Position numbers and translations under genes: made by a program. From Nemertoderma westbladi (lineage: Eukaryota; Animalia; Xenacoelomorpha), in the NCBI GenBank assembly GCA_032718475.1, contig JAUCBJ010009045.1, positions 1 to 64,000 on the forward strand: DNA of 64,000 nucleotides. Reading direction: 5' to 3'. Shown one piece after another: positions 34,401-45,900 of this stretch. Positions within the stretch are counted from its first letter, which is position 1. Every line of letters starts with the position of its first letter. Below the pieces are notes generated by a model. It had not been told where the DNA came from. It did no database searches and saw nothing but the letters and a program-made list of their open reading frames with translations.

Positions 34401-36072
34401 TTTAAGATTTTAATATAACATTGTGAAAGACATAATAAATTAATGTAATTTATTCTTAAAATTTTTAACAACAATTTTAGGATTCATTTGAGAAAATATG
34501 GCACAGTTTTCTTAGATTGGGCCAATTTATTTGTAATGGTTAGAGTGGGAGAGGTTCGCTTAAGGTCATGGGAAGTTTAATTTGGTCTGTTAGAAAATAT
34601 GGGAAAGGATCAGGTTACAGTGGCAGCTATTTTCGAAGCAAACCAAGTCTCGGAATTAAGTCATTAAAATTAAGTAAAGGATCTAATGCGCCAGGACCTA
34701 ACGGCTAACGCTACTGGACCTATTTCCCAATTAGTTAAATGATAAGAAATAAAAATGATAATTAGTTAATTTGAACAGTATGTTGCGTCCAAGATACCGG
34801 GTGCCGATACAGGAACTGAATTACCACAAGTCTAAATAAAAACAATTTCAACAAAATAAAAATTTTCTCTCTAAACATTTCACGATATTTCAGAAATGTT
34901 TATAACGATGTCATGCCAAACTACGATATACATAAATTGTATAAATCAACTGGGGGAGTTGCTATGGTAATAGCAGAGACACCGGTGACAACTGTGGGAC
35001 AAGTTTTACAAGAAGTTCACAAATTTAAAAACAAATATAAAACGGTAAGTTTGTTTGGCATTTTGATGAAACTGAGCCATTTGTAAATTATGTGAGCCAT
35101 TAGTAATGCGGTAAAACTACATTTTAGTCTAATTTTAATCGTTTAATTTTCAGCTTTATAATAAGTTGCAGTGCGGATTAGTAATGTATGAACAATGAAT
35201 TCGTTGGAAATAAATAAAAAAAGTATTATGGTCTCCCCTTTAAGATGTTCTCGCATAAACAGTCCCAATATTCGGTGGCCCACAACAACGGCCACCGATT
35301 TACATGCTGGGCCAACAACTCATATTCTATAGGAAACTGTGAATACTCACTGCCGATTCAATAATTCCGCTAAATTACTCACGGCAAATACTTTCTTAAA
35401 TATAGTAATTTTTGTTATGAAAACGATTGCCGTAAAGTGGGCCACAGTACAAATAGGACAACATAAAATGTTTGCAGTAACAATGGTTAGTTTCCCATCC
35501 TGGTTCATGTTTGAACAGTGAAGTACCAAGTACACCAATATAAAATCGAACTAATAGTAGTAGTAGTAGACGTACAATTGTAATTAATGTTAATGAAAAG
35601 TGGATTGTGTTACAGTTACTCGCACACACGATTGGGCGAGCCACGTACCATAATAATTGAACGAGACCCTTCTTATGTCTGCTATTCGAATGATAGTTGG
35701 ATTTTGATGCAACTTAGTTACAATTTCGGTGAAACTTTGTAGACGATGCGTATCACCGTACTACAGTAGTATGTCCAAGGATTAACAGTAGATATATTCA
35801 ATACCGTAGACCGCCACTAGAGAGCACTGAATGTGTTACACTCTAATGTTGGGGATTAATTAAATTGTTGTGTTTTTTCTTCATTTTTTCTCTGTTTTGT
35901 TTTTCAGCTCGTTACATGTAACCAAGAAGCTTTGCTGGCTAAGCTGTTAGACGATGACGACCTTACGGAGAACGGCGGATCTCTGAGAAATATTCATTCC
36001 CAGAATTACCTGGTTGCGTTTAAATGTTCGCTGACAACTTCTACTGCCTGTGACGTCATCGTGGAACGTTAG
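19407..36072 (+). CDS. DNASE1: Deoxyribonuclease I family protein, secreted. Exons 19407-19595, 19788-19987, 24160-24373, 24686-24854, 29462-29541, 30602-30738, 34894-35044, 35908-36072 (434 aa); alternative stop at 30740-30742 (330 aa)
   Basis: Signal peptide followed by LKIASFNIQ, RYDIVMIQEIRD, LGHSNSKEQYAYLYR, FQRPP, IHTQP, IMGDFNGDCSYV, DTT..DCAYDRIVV and SDHFPVEV, so the catalytic Glu/His/Asp/His motifs are all present. All splice junctions are GT-AG and phase-compatible. Exons 1-6 are secure; exons 7-8 rest on splice sites, phase, open frame and AATAAA at 36109. Orthology within the DNase I family is unresolved. Confidence 0.85.
20030..22878. repeat. 30-bp minisatellite (AAAGTAACACATTACGGTGCACTAATGTGT)n in DNase I intron 2
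   Basis: About 95 copies. Each unit contains the inverted repeat ACACATTA/TAATGTGT. An 865-bp higher-order duplication is marked by the same short unit at about 21426 and 22291. Confidence 0.97.
23909..24040. repeat. 12-bp tandem repeat (TGTATTACTAAC) x11
   Basis: Read directly. It ends about 120 nt upstream of the exon 3 acceptor. Confidence 0.95.
25851..27409 (+). mobile_element. 5'-truncated RLE-type non-LTR retrotransposon (CRE-like), decayed, with a 15-bp TSD
   Basis: One reading frame 25874-27250 with two internal TAA stops (26660, 27197). It encodes the RT C-terminus (PTRFGGL), a CCHC knuckle (CDGC..HALDC), RHNEVRD and a restriction-like endonuclease (RAD..FDVRV..KKSKY..FTPLVVSVDG). 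TSD TACTATAGATACGAC at 25836-50 and 27410-24. Confidence 0.85.
28073..28669 (-). pseudogene. P-element/THAP9-type transposase, C-terminal fragment
   Basis: VAGYIAHK..CDDC..LDQGGLIFPT matches the YxAGY/CxxC/RGGLxxP signature of P transposases. The ORF abuts the right TIR, so the N-terminal part and catalytic core are deleted. Confidence 0.8.
31890..32170. repeat. Short 13-16-bp tandem repeat (GTGTCTGCACCAG)n
   Basis: Read directly. Confidence 0.9.
32848..34338 (+). CDS. C2H2 (Kruppel-type) zinc finger protein, intronless, 496 aa
   Basis: Single long ORF with first ATG at 32848. The C-terminus has one degenerate and four intact CxxC..HxxxH fingers with TGERPY/SGERPY linkers. The middle is Ser/Thr-rich and includes a DVKP motif. 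AATAAA at 34434. Confidence 0.9.
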   Translation: MDITNVTIDSASALIITKSMFANICLENDSFVRTFLEEFLDSNSSFLDDYIVKKCAAGRITDWLQCSLSSASNSTITPSTLPHYPTHSGASATDPPTGYRETRIPQIPMITSTSTPLRYRLNPVTRISYLPKTRYTKRCLPNNRHKSIYTQPLMTPHISQSDPQQEPRSTSLETRLDKVESDQTASSLSSTDLLTYNTDLCTPTVSNADSVNYSTTLTEPADVNINTEGEVDVKPYIVATDTCMEEYMNRNSTGIDACLPPDTDQSLGDLNISNMYNIRFLYESTALSDSGGHLQLSADLKLTPNDDVITESANNYLYQAASSGIDPNDIAERSLDASGKVFAKKGDLIDHQQNYIGKSECDIYHKRSPPLGNLTAHQIAHMGKPPYECDACGKIFENISHFQRHKRSHKGERQHQCGICYKRFFHLANLTTHQRIHTGERPYSCETCGRLFRQLNDLNAHNRTHSGERPYICHLCEKSFTTSGNLCRHRRIHFGK

Positions 36073-36511
36073 GAGGTCAAAATTCCTTATCAATTCGTTT
36101 GCGGGATAAATAAAGTTATATTACGCACTCCACACGTTAGGAAATAATTATGTTGGTTATTGTTTTAGAAGGGTTGGAAACTTTGAAATCACAATAAGTT
36201 GACGTTTTTATATAAAGCTGGGGGGGGGGGGGGGGGGGGGGGGGGTAATAGCTGAGTCGAGTTTTGCCACGGATCTACTTTGCATCAAAAAAGGACAAAT
36301 TGTGAGTTAGTGGACTAGTCAAAACTGGTGTATAAATGTAAGTTTCAAGTTTTTATGTAGTTGAGTTTCCAACCCTTAGTGTTGTTAGTAGTCCTTACTG
36401 AAGTTCGCCATGCTGATAGTTTAGGTGTAAAATAAATGAAGTAGAAGGATACTTAAGTAATCTGTAGATTCACGTTAGTTTTATTAAGTGCAGCTGACGA
36501 AGACTTGTTTT

Positions 36512-38490
36512 GTAGTTCTATTGTTGAACTGTTAGCTATGTAGTACGCTATAGTTCTATTGTTGAACTGTTAGCTATGTAGTACGCTATAGTTCTATTGT
36601 TGAACTGTTAGCTATGTAGTACGCTATAGTTCTATTGTTGAACTGTTAGCTATGTAGTACGCTATAGTTCTATTGTTGAACTGTTAGCTATGTAGTACGC
36701 TATAGTTCTATTGTTGAACTGTTAGCTATGTAGTACGCTATAGTTCTATTGTTGAACTGTTAGCTATGTAGTACGCTATAGTTCTATTGTTGAACTGTTA
36801 GCTATGTAGTACGCTATAGTTCTATTGTTGAACTGTTAGCTATGTAGTACGCTATAGTTCTATTGTTGAACTGTTAGCTATGTAGTACGCTATAGTTCTA
36901 TTATTGAACTGTTAGCTATGTAGTACGCTATAGTTCTATTGTTGAACTGTTAGCTATGTAGTACGCTATAGTTCTATTGTTGAACTGTTAGCTATGTAGT
37001 ACGCTATAGTTCTATTGTTGAACTGTTAGCTATGTAGTACGCTATAGTTCTATTGTTGAACTGTTAGCTATGTAGTACGCTATAGTTCTATTGTTGAACT
37101 GTTAGCTATGTAGTACGCTATAGTTATATTGTTGAACTGTTAGCTATGTAGTAAAATTATAATAATTAGCGCGAATGAAAATAATGCCATAATTAATTAA
37201 GCGGAACGTTTCGATTTATTACATTAAACCATCATCAGCCAATACTACAGTAAGATACATAAAGTTTAAATTACATTCTAAATTATTAATATTACTGCAA
37301 AATATGTGAAAACATTACAATACGAGAAGATATAAGAGCCTAACTACTTGCATACGTAATACTGAATTAAGTAAAATAGTGCACGGTAAAATCATGAAAT
37401 CAGACAACTAAATTGATAATGAGTACAACACCAATATTAATTAATACATACTGTATAATACTGTAGATACGGTCTATGTAGTGTGTGTAGTTTTTAGAAC
37501 AATAGTAAAGGGAATGAGGTGTTGTACTCATTATCAATTTAGTTGTCTGATTTCATGATTTTACCGTGCACTATTTTACTTAATTCAGTATTACGTATGC
37601 AAGTAGTTAGGCTCTTATATCTTATCGTATTGTAATGTTTTCACATATTTTGCAGTAATATTAATAATTTAGAATGTAATAAATCGAAACGTTCCGCTTA
37701 ATTAATTATGGCATTATTTTCATTCGCGCTAATTATTATAATTTTACTACGATTACGTTACCCCACTGGGACTTCAATAACCTCTGTTAGCTATGTAGTA
37801 CGCTATAGTTATATTGTTGAACTGTTAGCTATGTAGTACGCTATAGTTCTATTGTTGAACTGTTAGCTATGTAGTATGCTATAGTTCTATTGTTGAACTG
37901 TTAGCTATGTAGTACGCTATAGTTCTATTATTGAACTGTTAGCTATGTAGTACGCTATAGTTATATTGTTGAACTGTTAGCTATGTAGTACGCTATAGTT
38001 CTATTGTTGAACTGTTAGCTATGTAGTATGCTATAGTTCTATTGTTGAACTGTTAGCTATGTAGTACGCTATAGTTCTATTATTGAACTGTTAGCTATGT
38101 AGTACGCTATAGTTCTATTGTTGAACTGTTAGCTATGTAGTACGCTATAGTTCTATTGTTGAACTGTTAGCTATGTAGTACGCTATAGTTCTATTGTTGA
38201 ACTGTTAGCTATGTAGTACGCTATAGTTATATTGTTGAACTGTTAGCTATGTAGTACGCTATAGTTCTATTATTGAACTGTTAGCTATGTAGTACGCTAT
38301 AGTTCTATTATTGAACTGTTAGCTATGTAGTACGCTATAGTTCTATTGTTGAACTGTTAGCTATGTAGTACGCTATAGTTCTATTGTTGAACTGTTAGCT
38401 ATGTAGTACGCTATAGTTCTATTGTTGAACTGTTAGCTATGTAGTATGCTATAGTTCTATTGTTGAACTGTTAGCTATGTAGTACGCTAT
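36512..38490. repeat. 38-bp minisatellite (TAGTTCTATTGTTGAACTGTTAGCTATGTAGTACGCTA)n, split by an insertion at 37154-37783
   Basis: Read directly; about 17 plus 18 copies. Confidence 0.97.
37148..37783. mobile_element. Foldback insertion, probably a Penelope-like element remnant (inverted pseudo-LTRs)
   Basis: Near-perfect inverted arms at 37148-37432 and 37518-37750. The left arm carries a minus-strand hammerhead-like core CTGATGA-T-GGTTTA..TAAATC-GAAAC-GTT (37238-37205). Confidence 0.65.
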
Positions 38491-39360
38491 ATGTATGTGT
38501 TCACATTACATACTCTTCTAACTCTGATCATTTTAGAAAAAATATTAATATGGTATATTAATAAATATTATTATATTCCGAAATATATAATTGTAATAAA
38601 TTTGCATTTTATTATTGAAATAATCTATCGTAAAATATAATCATAAACTAACACAATATAAGCATAAATTAATATATATTTATTTATTATATATGGCGCG
38701 AACATTTAGGCACATTGGATTACTAAATATCTATTACCGATTCGATTAATATTAGGGAAGGGGAATAAATAGTAATACATTATATACCATAAACAAAATA
38801 TACTTGTACAAAAAATGGTAAGCACAAGGCAACACCGCAACAATCAAACTGTTAACTGTTTATAATTATTTAATATTAATAGTAACTAATACATTACTAA
38901 TATAGCTAAAGTTATTTGGGGGCAATTTACATATATTTCAAGCTCCTGTGTTTCAATCAATTGTATAGGATATATCATCAACATCTATATTTTTCAAAAA
39001 CCAAAACAAAGGTTATAATATTTATTTACTGTCCACATTTATTTCCAGTATTATATATACAGTAAATAAATATAGAAATATATAATTTATTTCCTATATC
39101 TCATGTTATATTATCTGGGAAATAACTTAAAACTCAGTTTTCTGAAGAAAAATGTTTTATTTTAAACTGATGCTAACATGTGAACGCCAGAACTATTTTA
39201 AAACACACAATTAATAAAACGTTAAAATAATTAAGCTTATAATATTTGGCAGCCAATTAATCTAAACAATTTATGGTAACGGTAAACAACTATTTTTTTC
39301 CTTACTGATACACTTAAAAAAACATTTTCACAAATTCTACCTAATTTATTGCATTACTAA

Positions 39361-39404
39361 TACATAATGACCAGTAACATAGTGTCATTTTCTGAGGACA
39401 CGGA

Positions 39405-39436
<32 letters not shown>

Positions 39437-40081
39437 TAAGTTCTACAAATCTTTATCATATTGCTTGAAATTGGAAACACAACTAGTTTGTTAACCTCAC
39501 CGTGTTTGTTACCATAAAGCCGGAATTTTCGATTTTGCATTAAAATCTTTTTTATAGGCGTTGTTTAAAAAAAAGTGTCTTTTGTGAAATCGCACACTCT
39601 TCACATTTTCATATCAAGAGAAAGCATGAGTTGCAAGACAGCAGCGGTAAGCCTATACAATATATCTATTGCGTAGCTATCCATACAACATTGTGTATTT
39701 ATTAAATAGAATAAATGGCCTGCAGCGAACGATAATTCTTGCATTCTTTCAACGCCTATATCTCGGCTGTTTCTCAACGAAGTTCAGATATTGTTACATA
39801 TTTGGAATCCTTGTAACGCAAGCTTTTTAATGATATGATATTTTTAATTACGACTAATGTGAAGAATTGCCACGATACCGAGGGTGCGATTTCACAAAAG
39901 TTTTTTTTATAACCCTTGTAAAACTATTTTAAAGGCAAAATCGAAAATTCCGTCTTAATTAATTGTAACAACAACGGTGAGTTATAAAATGTCAAGCAAT
40001 ACGATAAAGATTTGTAGAAAAATCTGAGGGGGGGGGGGGGGTGTAATCCGAAAATGACACTATATTACGGGTCAAGGTGAA
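39361..40081. mobile_element. MITE with long degenerate TIRs containing poly-C/poly-G tracts
   Basis: ATGACCAGTAACATAGTGTCATTTTC ... GAAAATGACACTATATTACGGGTCA. Homologous partial copies lie at about 95-445 and 9013-10150. Confidence 0.7.
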
Positions 40082-42930
40082 TATTAACGTATTTAAATTA
40101 CCAAAAATCGGCTAATACGCCAAACGTTGGGGACGTGAATGGTGAAATGTGTCATTTTTAAATTTAAGGTGCGCTGTGGTGTAAAATAAGTTTTTAATAT
40201 ATGAAAAATATCAATTTAAAAAAATCCTGAATTAAAGAAAACAATATCTCACTGTACTTTGCAATAGGAAGATGATACGCAAGACAATCACTAAGTTTTG
40301 TTTAAATATTATATGTGCAGTGCATGGTGTCGCGGTGGCCGATGGACTGGCACAGGATGGCCGAAATACAGCGGCTAATCGCCGGTGAGATCGGCCAAGG
40401 ATGATAGGGTCAGGAACCAATGAAGGCCTAATATTTTTTTAAATTGAATGAATGGAACATAACTATAGGCAATATTATGACAAAAATAAGCAAAAACGTG
40501 ATTGTTTTCAAATATATAACAGTTCTCTCGATAATGGACTCTCACAAGCATTGTTTGTCAAAGGGTAAGCCGATTTAGGAAATACCATGATACAATCGAT
40601 CAACATTTCCAGAAATGGTTAGTGTCCAATCAAACAAGAAAGATTAACAAAGTCCGTGGACCATTACACACGAAAGGCAGGTAAACACAGCCTGTGTGCA
40701 GTAAAATAAAAACATAGACAATATAAACGAGGTTGAACAAGTAAAAGATAATCTGACAATCTAGAAAAATATAAGCCGCAAGAAACCTACAATAGTACTG
40801 TACCGGAACCTCGAAGACGGTTCCATTATTATTAACCTAAAACGTTATTGAGAAATAATTACAGTAAAGCAAGCAAACAGTCGCCTGAAGCCGGAGGCGC
40901 CCCGAAGGCTCCTCTTTCGATAGCTGCTACCCGAGGGTAGGGGTGGGCGCTACTCCTATCCAAAGATTTGCTCCCAGTTATTTAACTCCCAGTACCGGTA
41001 CTCATAAAATCATAAACAAAGTAAACTTATATAAAAATATGTTAAAGAGTAAAGAGAGAATAATATGTTAAAATATTAATAATTGTATTTTGATTTAGAT
41101 TAATCAAGCCAGTTAAGTATGCAAATGTTTAGCGATAGGTACGGTAGGACAGATTGAGGAGACACCTAGCGATCGGAGGACTGTCTGATTTCATGGCGAT
41201 GGTGGCGATGGTACTTTACTTAATTTGCTGGATTAATTAAGTAAAACTATAGTTATTAATATAGCAAAATAATAATTATTATTACTAAATAGAGTGAGTA
41301 GTCAATTCGATACAATTGTTTCCTTAATGTTTTCCAAAATAGTAGGATAGCAAGTAGAAAGTACTCTACTTGTACTATAATAGTAATTTTTTTAATTGAA
41401 AAATAATATCAAACTTAGAGAGATAAAATATGCAAAATGAAATATATGCACATAATATATAATAATAGTGTACTGGAATATTATCAATTAATTTAGATAT
41501 TATGTATGTATACATCCATGTGTATGTATGTATGTATACATACTCATGGATATATAACATTTATTTGTGGGTACTTACTGTATGTCGCACTATAATTAGG
41601 CTCAATGCGACCTATTTGCACTGGAAACTGCGTCATTATAATCATAGTCATTGCGACATAAAACATTGACACTATATTTGTTTATGAACATACCGGTACC
41701 CAATTTGTCACTTACAAAATTAAATTATTGAATATATAATTTTATATGAAAATAATATTGGTTTTATTTGAGAATTAACCAAGATCCACCAAAATGGACA
41801 AAAATTTAGCAATAAAATAGACAAGCTTTCGATTTATTATTTATAATTATTTATTAAATGGGAAATAATAGAACCTTTTTTCACTGTTCTCGATGCAATT
41901 TATTTACAGAGCGTCAGCGAGGTTAATGAATGGCCGAGAGAATATTGAAAAAAAATGCTCTTCTGGATACAAAGCAACCCAACCCGAATGTCCCTCCCCT
42001 TGGCAGTTACCTGTAAAAGGGCATGGTGAGTGCCCGCTCCTAACGATGGATGGGCGCGCCAGTTAAGAAAACTTTTTAACTGGCTCGGCACAGGATCGAA
42101 TTCGGCGAAATGAGTTACTGGACACTCTTTAGAAACACAGCCACTTCCTAGAAACGTACCCACAAATAAATAACATCAGATTCAACTTTGTTCATAAGTC
42201 TTAACGATTTTATAAAACTCGTTGTTGTTACTGTTCGGGAATAACATCAGAACAGTTAACATAAAAATTTCAAGCGTATGAACAATGATAAGAAGCTTTA
42301 TTATAGCAAATCTATACTCAAAAATAGTTTAATACTTTTACTATGTACTAAAGGACTACGGCAAATCGGCAAATTTACGAGCTAAAGGCATTTAACAAAA
42401 AGCACGCGCAATAATTTCAAAATAAGCGAATGTTTTCGTAAAATGTTTACAATGTGCGGCTGGTAATGAATTAGATCCGTTTTTGAACAATATTCAAATA
42501 CAAATTATGTAATGTCGAAATTTAGACGTAAACAATGCAACATATTCATGCGCTTTGCGCTGCTTTGTCAAACACAACAACAATAATAGCTGATAATACA
42601 GTAATACAGAATATTCCCAAATTAATCATAGATTGTGCTTACATTAATATACCAGTATACTGTAAAGTACCGATCATACCGGTACACAATAAAAGCACAA
42701 CGAACATTTCAATTTAATTATATAATTTATTACCCTGCCTAGAGGCGGCACAGTAAGCCACCTCCAGTACTCATTATCCTATATTTTACTAAACAACTTA
42801 CCGGAAACGTTAAAAAGGTTAGACAATTTGAATATCATTTAATATAACATAAAATAACAGACTGAGAAGTTGCATTGCAGACGACAGCTGCCGTGCCTCT
42901 ACAAGGAAACAACGTGAAGGTAACACCAGA

Positions 42931-43278
42931 CTAGTTTCCTCCACTCGACTGCGTTGCCCAGACAACAATAATAATTATTAACACGACAACCACACCTCCC
43001 AATATTAACATCATTTTCATATTTTTCCACCAGTATTTTTTCTTTAACTTCCCAGCGGATGTTTCAAACTTCGATGCTCCCGCCTGCAACGCGTCTGCTC
43101 TGTCATCTAGTTCGGAAAGCTTCTGATCTCGTTCGAGAACTCGATCCACGTTGACGCGCATAATATCTACAACTTCGTCGACCTGGGCCTGGGTCTGCTG
43201 TAGACGCTTCGAGCCTCCTTGCCCAGGCTGTTGGACAACAACTGGTTGACCTTGACTAGCTTGAGGATACGAAGACAT
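42931..43278 (-). CDS. VAMP: Synaptobrevin / vesicle-associated membrane protein (VAMP1/2/3-type R-SNARE), 115 aa, CDS in one exon
   Basis: [61 protein letters not shown] followed by a C-terminal TM helix. A splice acceptor (TTGCAG) lies 9 nt upstream of the ATG. Confidence 0.97.
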   Translation of the reverse strand: MSSYPQASQGQPVVVQQPGQGGSKRLQQTQAQVDEVVDIMRVNVDRVLERDQKLSELDDRADALQAGASKFETSAGKLKKKYWWKNMKMMLILGGVVVVLIIIIVVWATQSSGGN

Positions 43279-44309
43279 TGCTCAATGCTGCAATATTTGT
43301 ATATTCAAGTATTTAGAGTACCGGTATAAATAGATCTGGTAGGTAGGTAGCTTAGCTGTCTGCTGTTTCAGTGGACTGCTGGGGGGGTTAAAATATACTA
43401 GGGAAAATACACCCCGGGAAAGATAATACACAATGGAATTAAACCGGGGCGGGGAGTGATTTTGCACGGGGAGTGAAAATTCTCTTGTTTACCGGCACAC
43501 GGGACCGAACCGAATTTGAAAAAATTCGGCAAATTCGGTAGGCCTACCGGTACCGTAAGATTAATTTAAATGTATAACATTTGTCAAAAAATTCAGTTTT
43601 TACTAAAAAAAAAAAGGGGGGGGGGGGGAATAGGTAGGCCTACCGTAGGATACAGTAGGCCTACTTCCGGCAGACCGGGTAGCCTACTGTAAGAACTACT
43701 GAACTAAGATTTTTGTGGGTCCATCTACTGATCTAACATTGTTATTCAGTTATTTGTTAGGAAAGTGATTACAGGATTGGATTAGCAGGATTAGGCTGTT
43801 AGGGTAACATCAGAACATTGTTTCGTACTCCATACTTCTTCCAGCCTTCTGCATTCTGTCAGTCTGTCCTTTCTGCCTTTATTACCGTCAGACCGTCAGA
43901 CTGTATTACAGTACAGCAGTACATTTACATAGGTCTACTCTTAAGACAGAGTGACAGTCCACTATCCTATCACTCTATCAGACTATCTGAATCTGATCTG
44001 ACTATGCCAAAATTACCAATATTCAGAATTTAGATATTAGGCCTATCTGATTATGTAAAAAAATAATTCTGTAATTCATAATTGTAGGCCTATAATAATT
44101 ATAATTATCAATCTATAAACAGAGAAACTTTTCTGTCTGCCTGTTATTTCTGTATTTCAGTATTTTCTAGGCCTACATCGAATATTGCAGTATTGGAAGA
44201 TAATGGAGGGTCCTCCTACCACTGTGGGGTATAACTTTTCTAGGATGGCTAAAACGTCTGTCCTTATCTGATCTGACGGTATCTGACACTTGTTCCACCT
44301 TGGTTCAGA

Positions 44310-44590
44310 GCCCACCTTGGTGTAGTGGTTATATTGAATTCACATCTCACGGAGGTTGTGGGTTCAACCCCGGCATGGCTGCATGGGGGCCAAGGTAGTT
44401 TTCGTTTCGTCACGAATGCTTTGAAGGGTTTAGCGAGGCATCTCTGCCTTGCATCCTTAAATGGTAGCTAAATGAGTACTGGAGTTTCTGCCCATCCAGC
44501 CATGTCAGTCAATATAACACCACCCCCCCCCCCCCCCTCTCTGAAACTAATGCTACTAACTAAAAGACTAACTGAAACTAACTAAAATGA
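44310..44590 (+). mobile_element. tRNA-derived SINE
   Basis: Pol III A box TGGTGTAGTGG (44318-28) and B box GGTTCAACCCC (44361-71), a non-tRNA body and an (ACTA)-rich tail. Confidence 0.65.
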
Positions 44591-45499
44591 ATTCCTATAA
44601 AATAAGCTAGAAATTTTAATCTTGTTTTTAGCGGCGGGTGCCAAATTTTGGTGCCAGCCCCAAATTTTGCAATATTTCAATTTTGTAAATTGATTATTTG
44701 AAGCTGTTTTTTCCGCAATAGGTGTTTTAGGCGTTCTAGTCTCGTTGGAATATATATGAATTGCACGAGGCATATCATCAACGTTGTATTTTTCGGTGCC
44801 GTGTGCAAAATTTGGTGCCAGCAAGAAATTTTGAAAATTCATTCAATAGTTCAATTGATTGTGACAACTCATAGTTCTATCTATTGTTTTATTGTTATTG
44901 TCCTAACAACTATACATCTCAAACTTGTATTTTTCGGAAGTATGGGGTTCGGAATTCAATGGAATGTGTAAAAATTGCATAAGAATTCTAAAACTTGTAT
45001 TTTTCGGCGGTGGGTGAAAATTTTCAACAACATCGTTTATTGTTTTGGTTAGAAATTGCCGCCGCTGTAACCTGCTCTTTTCCTTCAATTGGAAGGTAAA
45101 AACATTGTTTGATTCCCACCTTCCCACCCACCTTCCTTCATTGTCTGGGTATATTATTCCTTCATTGTCTGGGTGTATTAAACTCCACTGTATTAGTGGC
45201 AATCAGGGCAATATGGGGAATATTAAAGTGTTTCGCCATATTCGGCAGAAACAGTACTGTACAGAGGTACTGTACTTCTTCCTGCCTTCCCTTTAGCGTA
45301 ACAAACAAACGATAAATATTTTAAATGTAATAGTATCATTATCAGTATCAGTATTAGTATTAGTATCAGTATCATTATTTAATAATATTAATTATAATTA
45401 ATATAATTAACTTTAACTATTAATAAACTATTAACAAGAAAGATTACTAAAATATTGCAGCAAAGGCAGAAAGGCTGTATTGTTTAATGTATGTTTATG

Positions 45500-45900
45500 T
45501 TTAATGTCGACATCCTCCATCCCGGATAGGTAGCGAAATACCTGGATTAGGTCCGCCCTGTGTCGGCGGTATTCCAATGTTGGGAGACCCAATTCTCGCA
45601 ACCGTGTTGGATACGGTTTGCCTCGCATACTCCGGACTAACCTCGTTGCACGGCGCTGCACTGACTCTAATAGCCTGATTTCGCCAATGCGATGTGGAGA
45701 CCAGACTGGGGAGGCGTATTCTAGAATAGGTCTCACCAATGATTTGTATAAGTTAGTAAACATTGTGGAGTCCAGGAGTTTGAAGTGGCGCCATATCAAC
45801 CCCAGAGTTCTATTGGCTTTCTTGGTAATAGTTCCAATGTGCTTCCCAAATGTTAGCGTATTCTGGAACGTCACACCGAGGTCCTTCTCAGTATTGTTTT
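45500..45900 (-). mobile_element. CR1/L2-group LINE, 3' ORF2 fragment
   Basis: EKDLGV..KKANRTLGLI..LYKSLVRPILEYASPVWSPH..LESVQRRATR..LGLPTLEYRRHRADLI. Confidence 0.88.

Noticed and set aside
44310-44385. tRNA gene
   Set aside because: A and B boxes are present but there is no convincing cloverleaf or acceptor stem, and it continues into a SINE-like body and tail.
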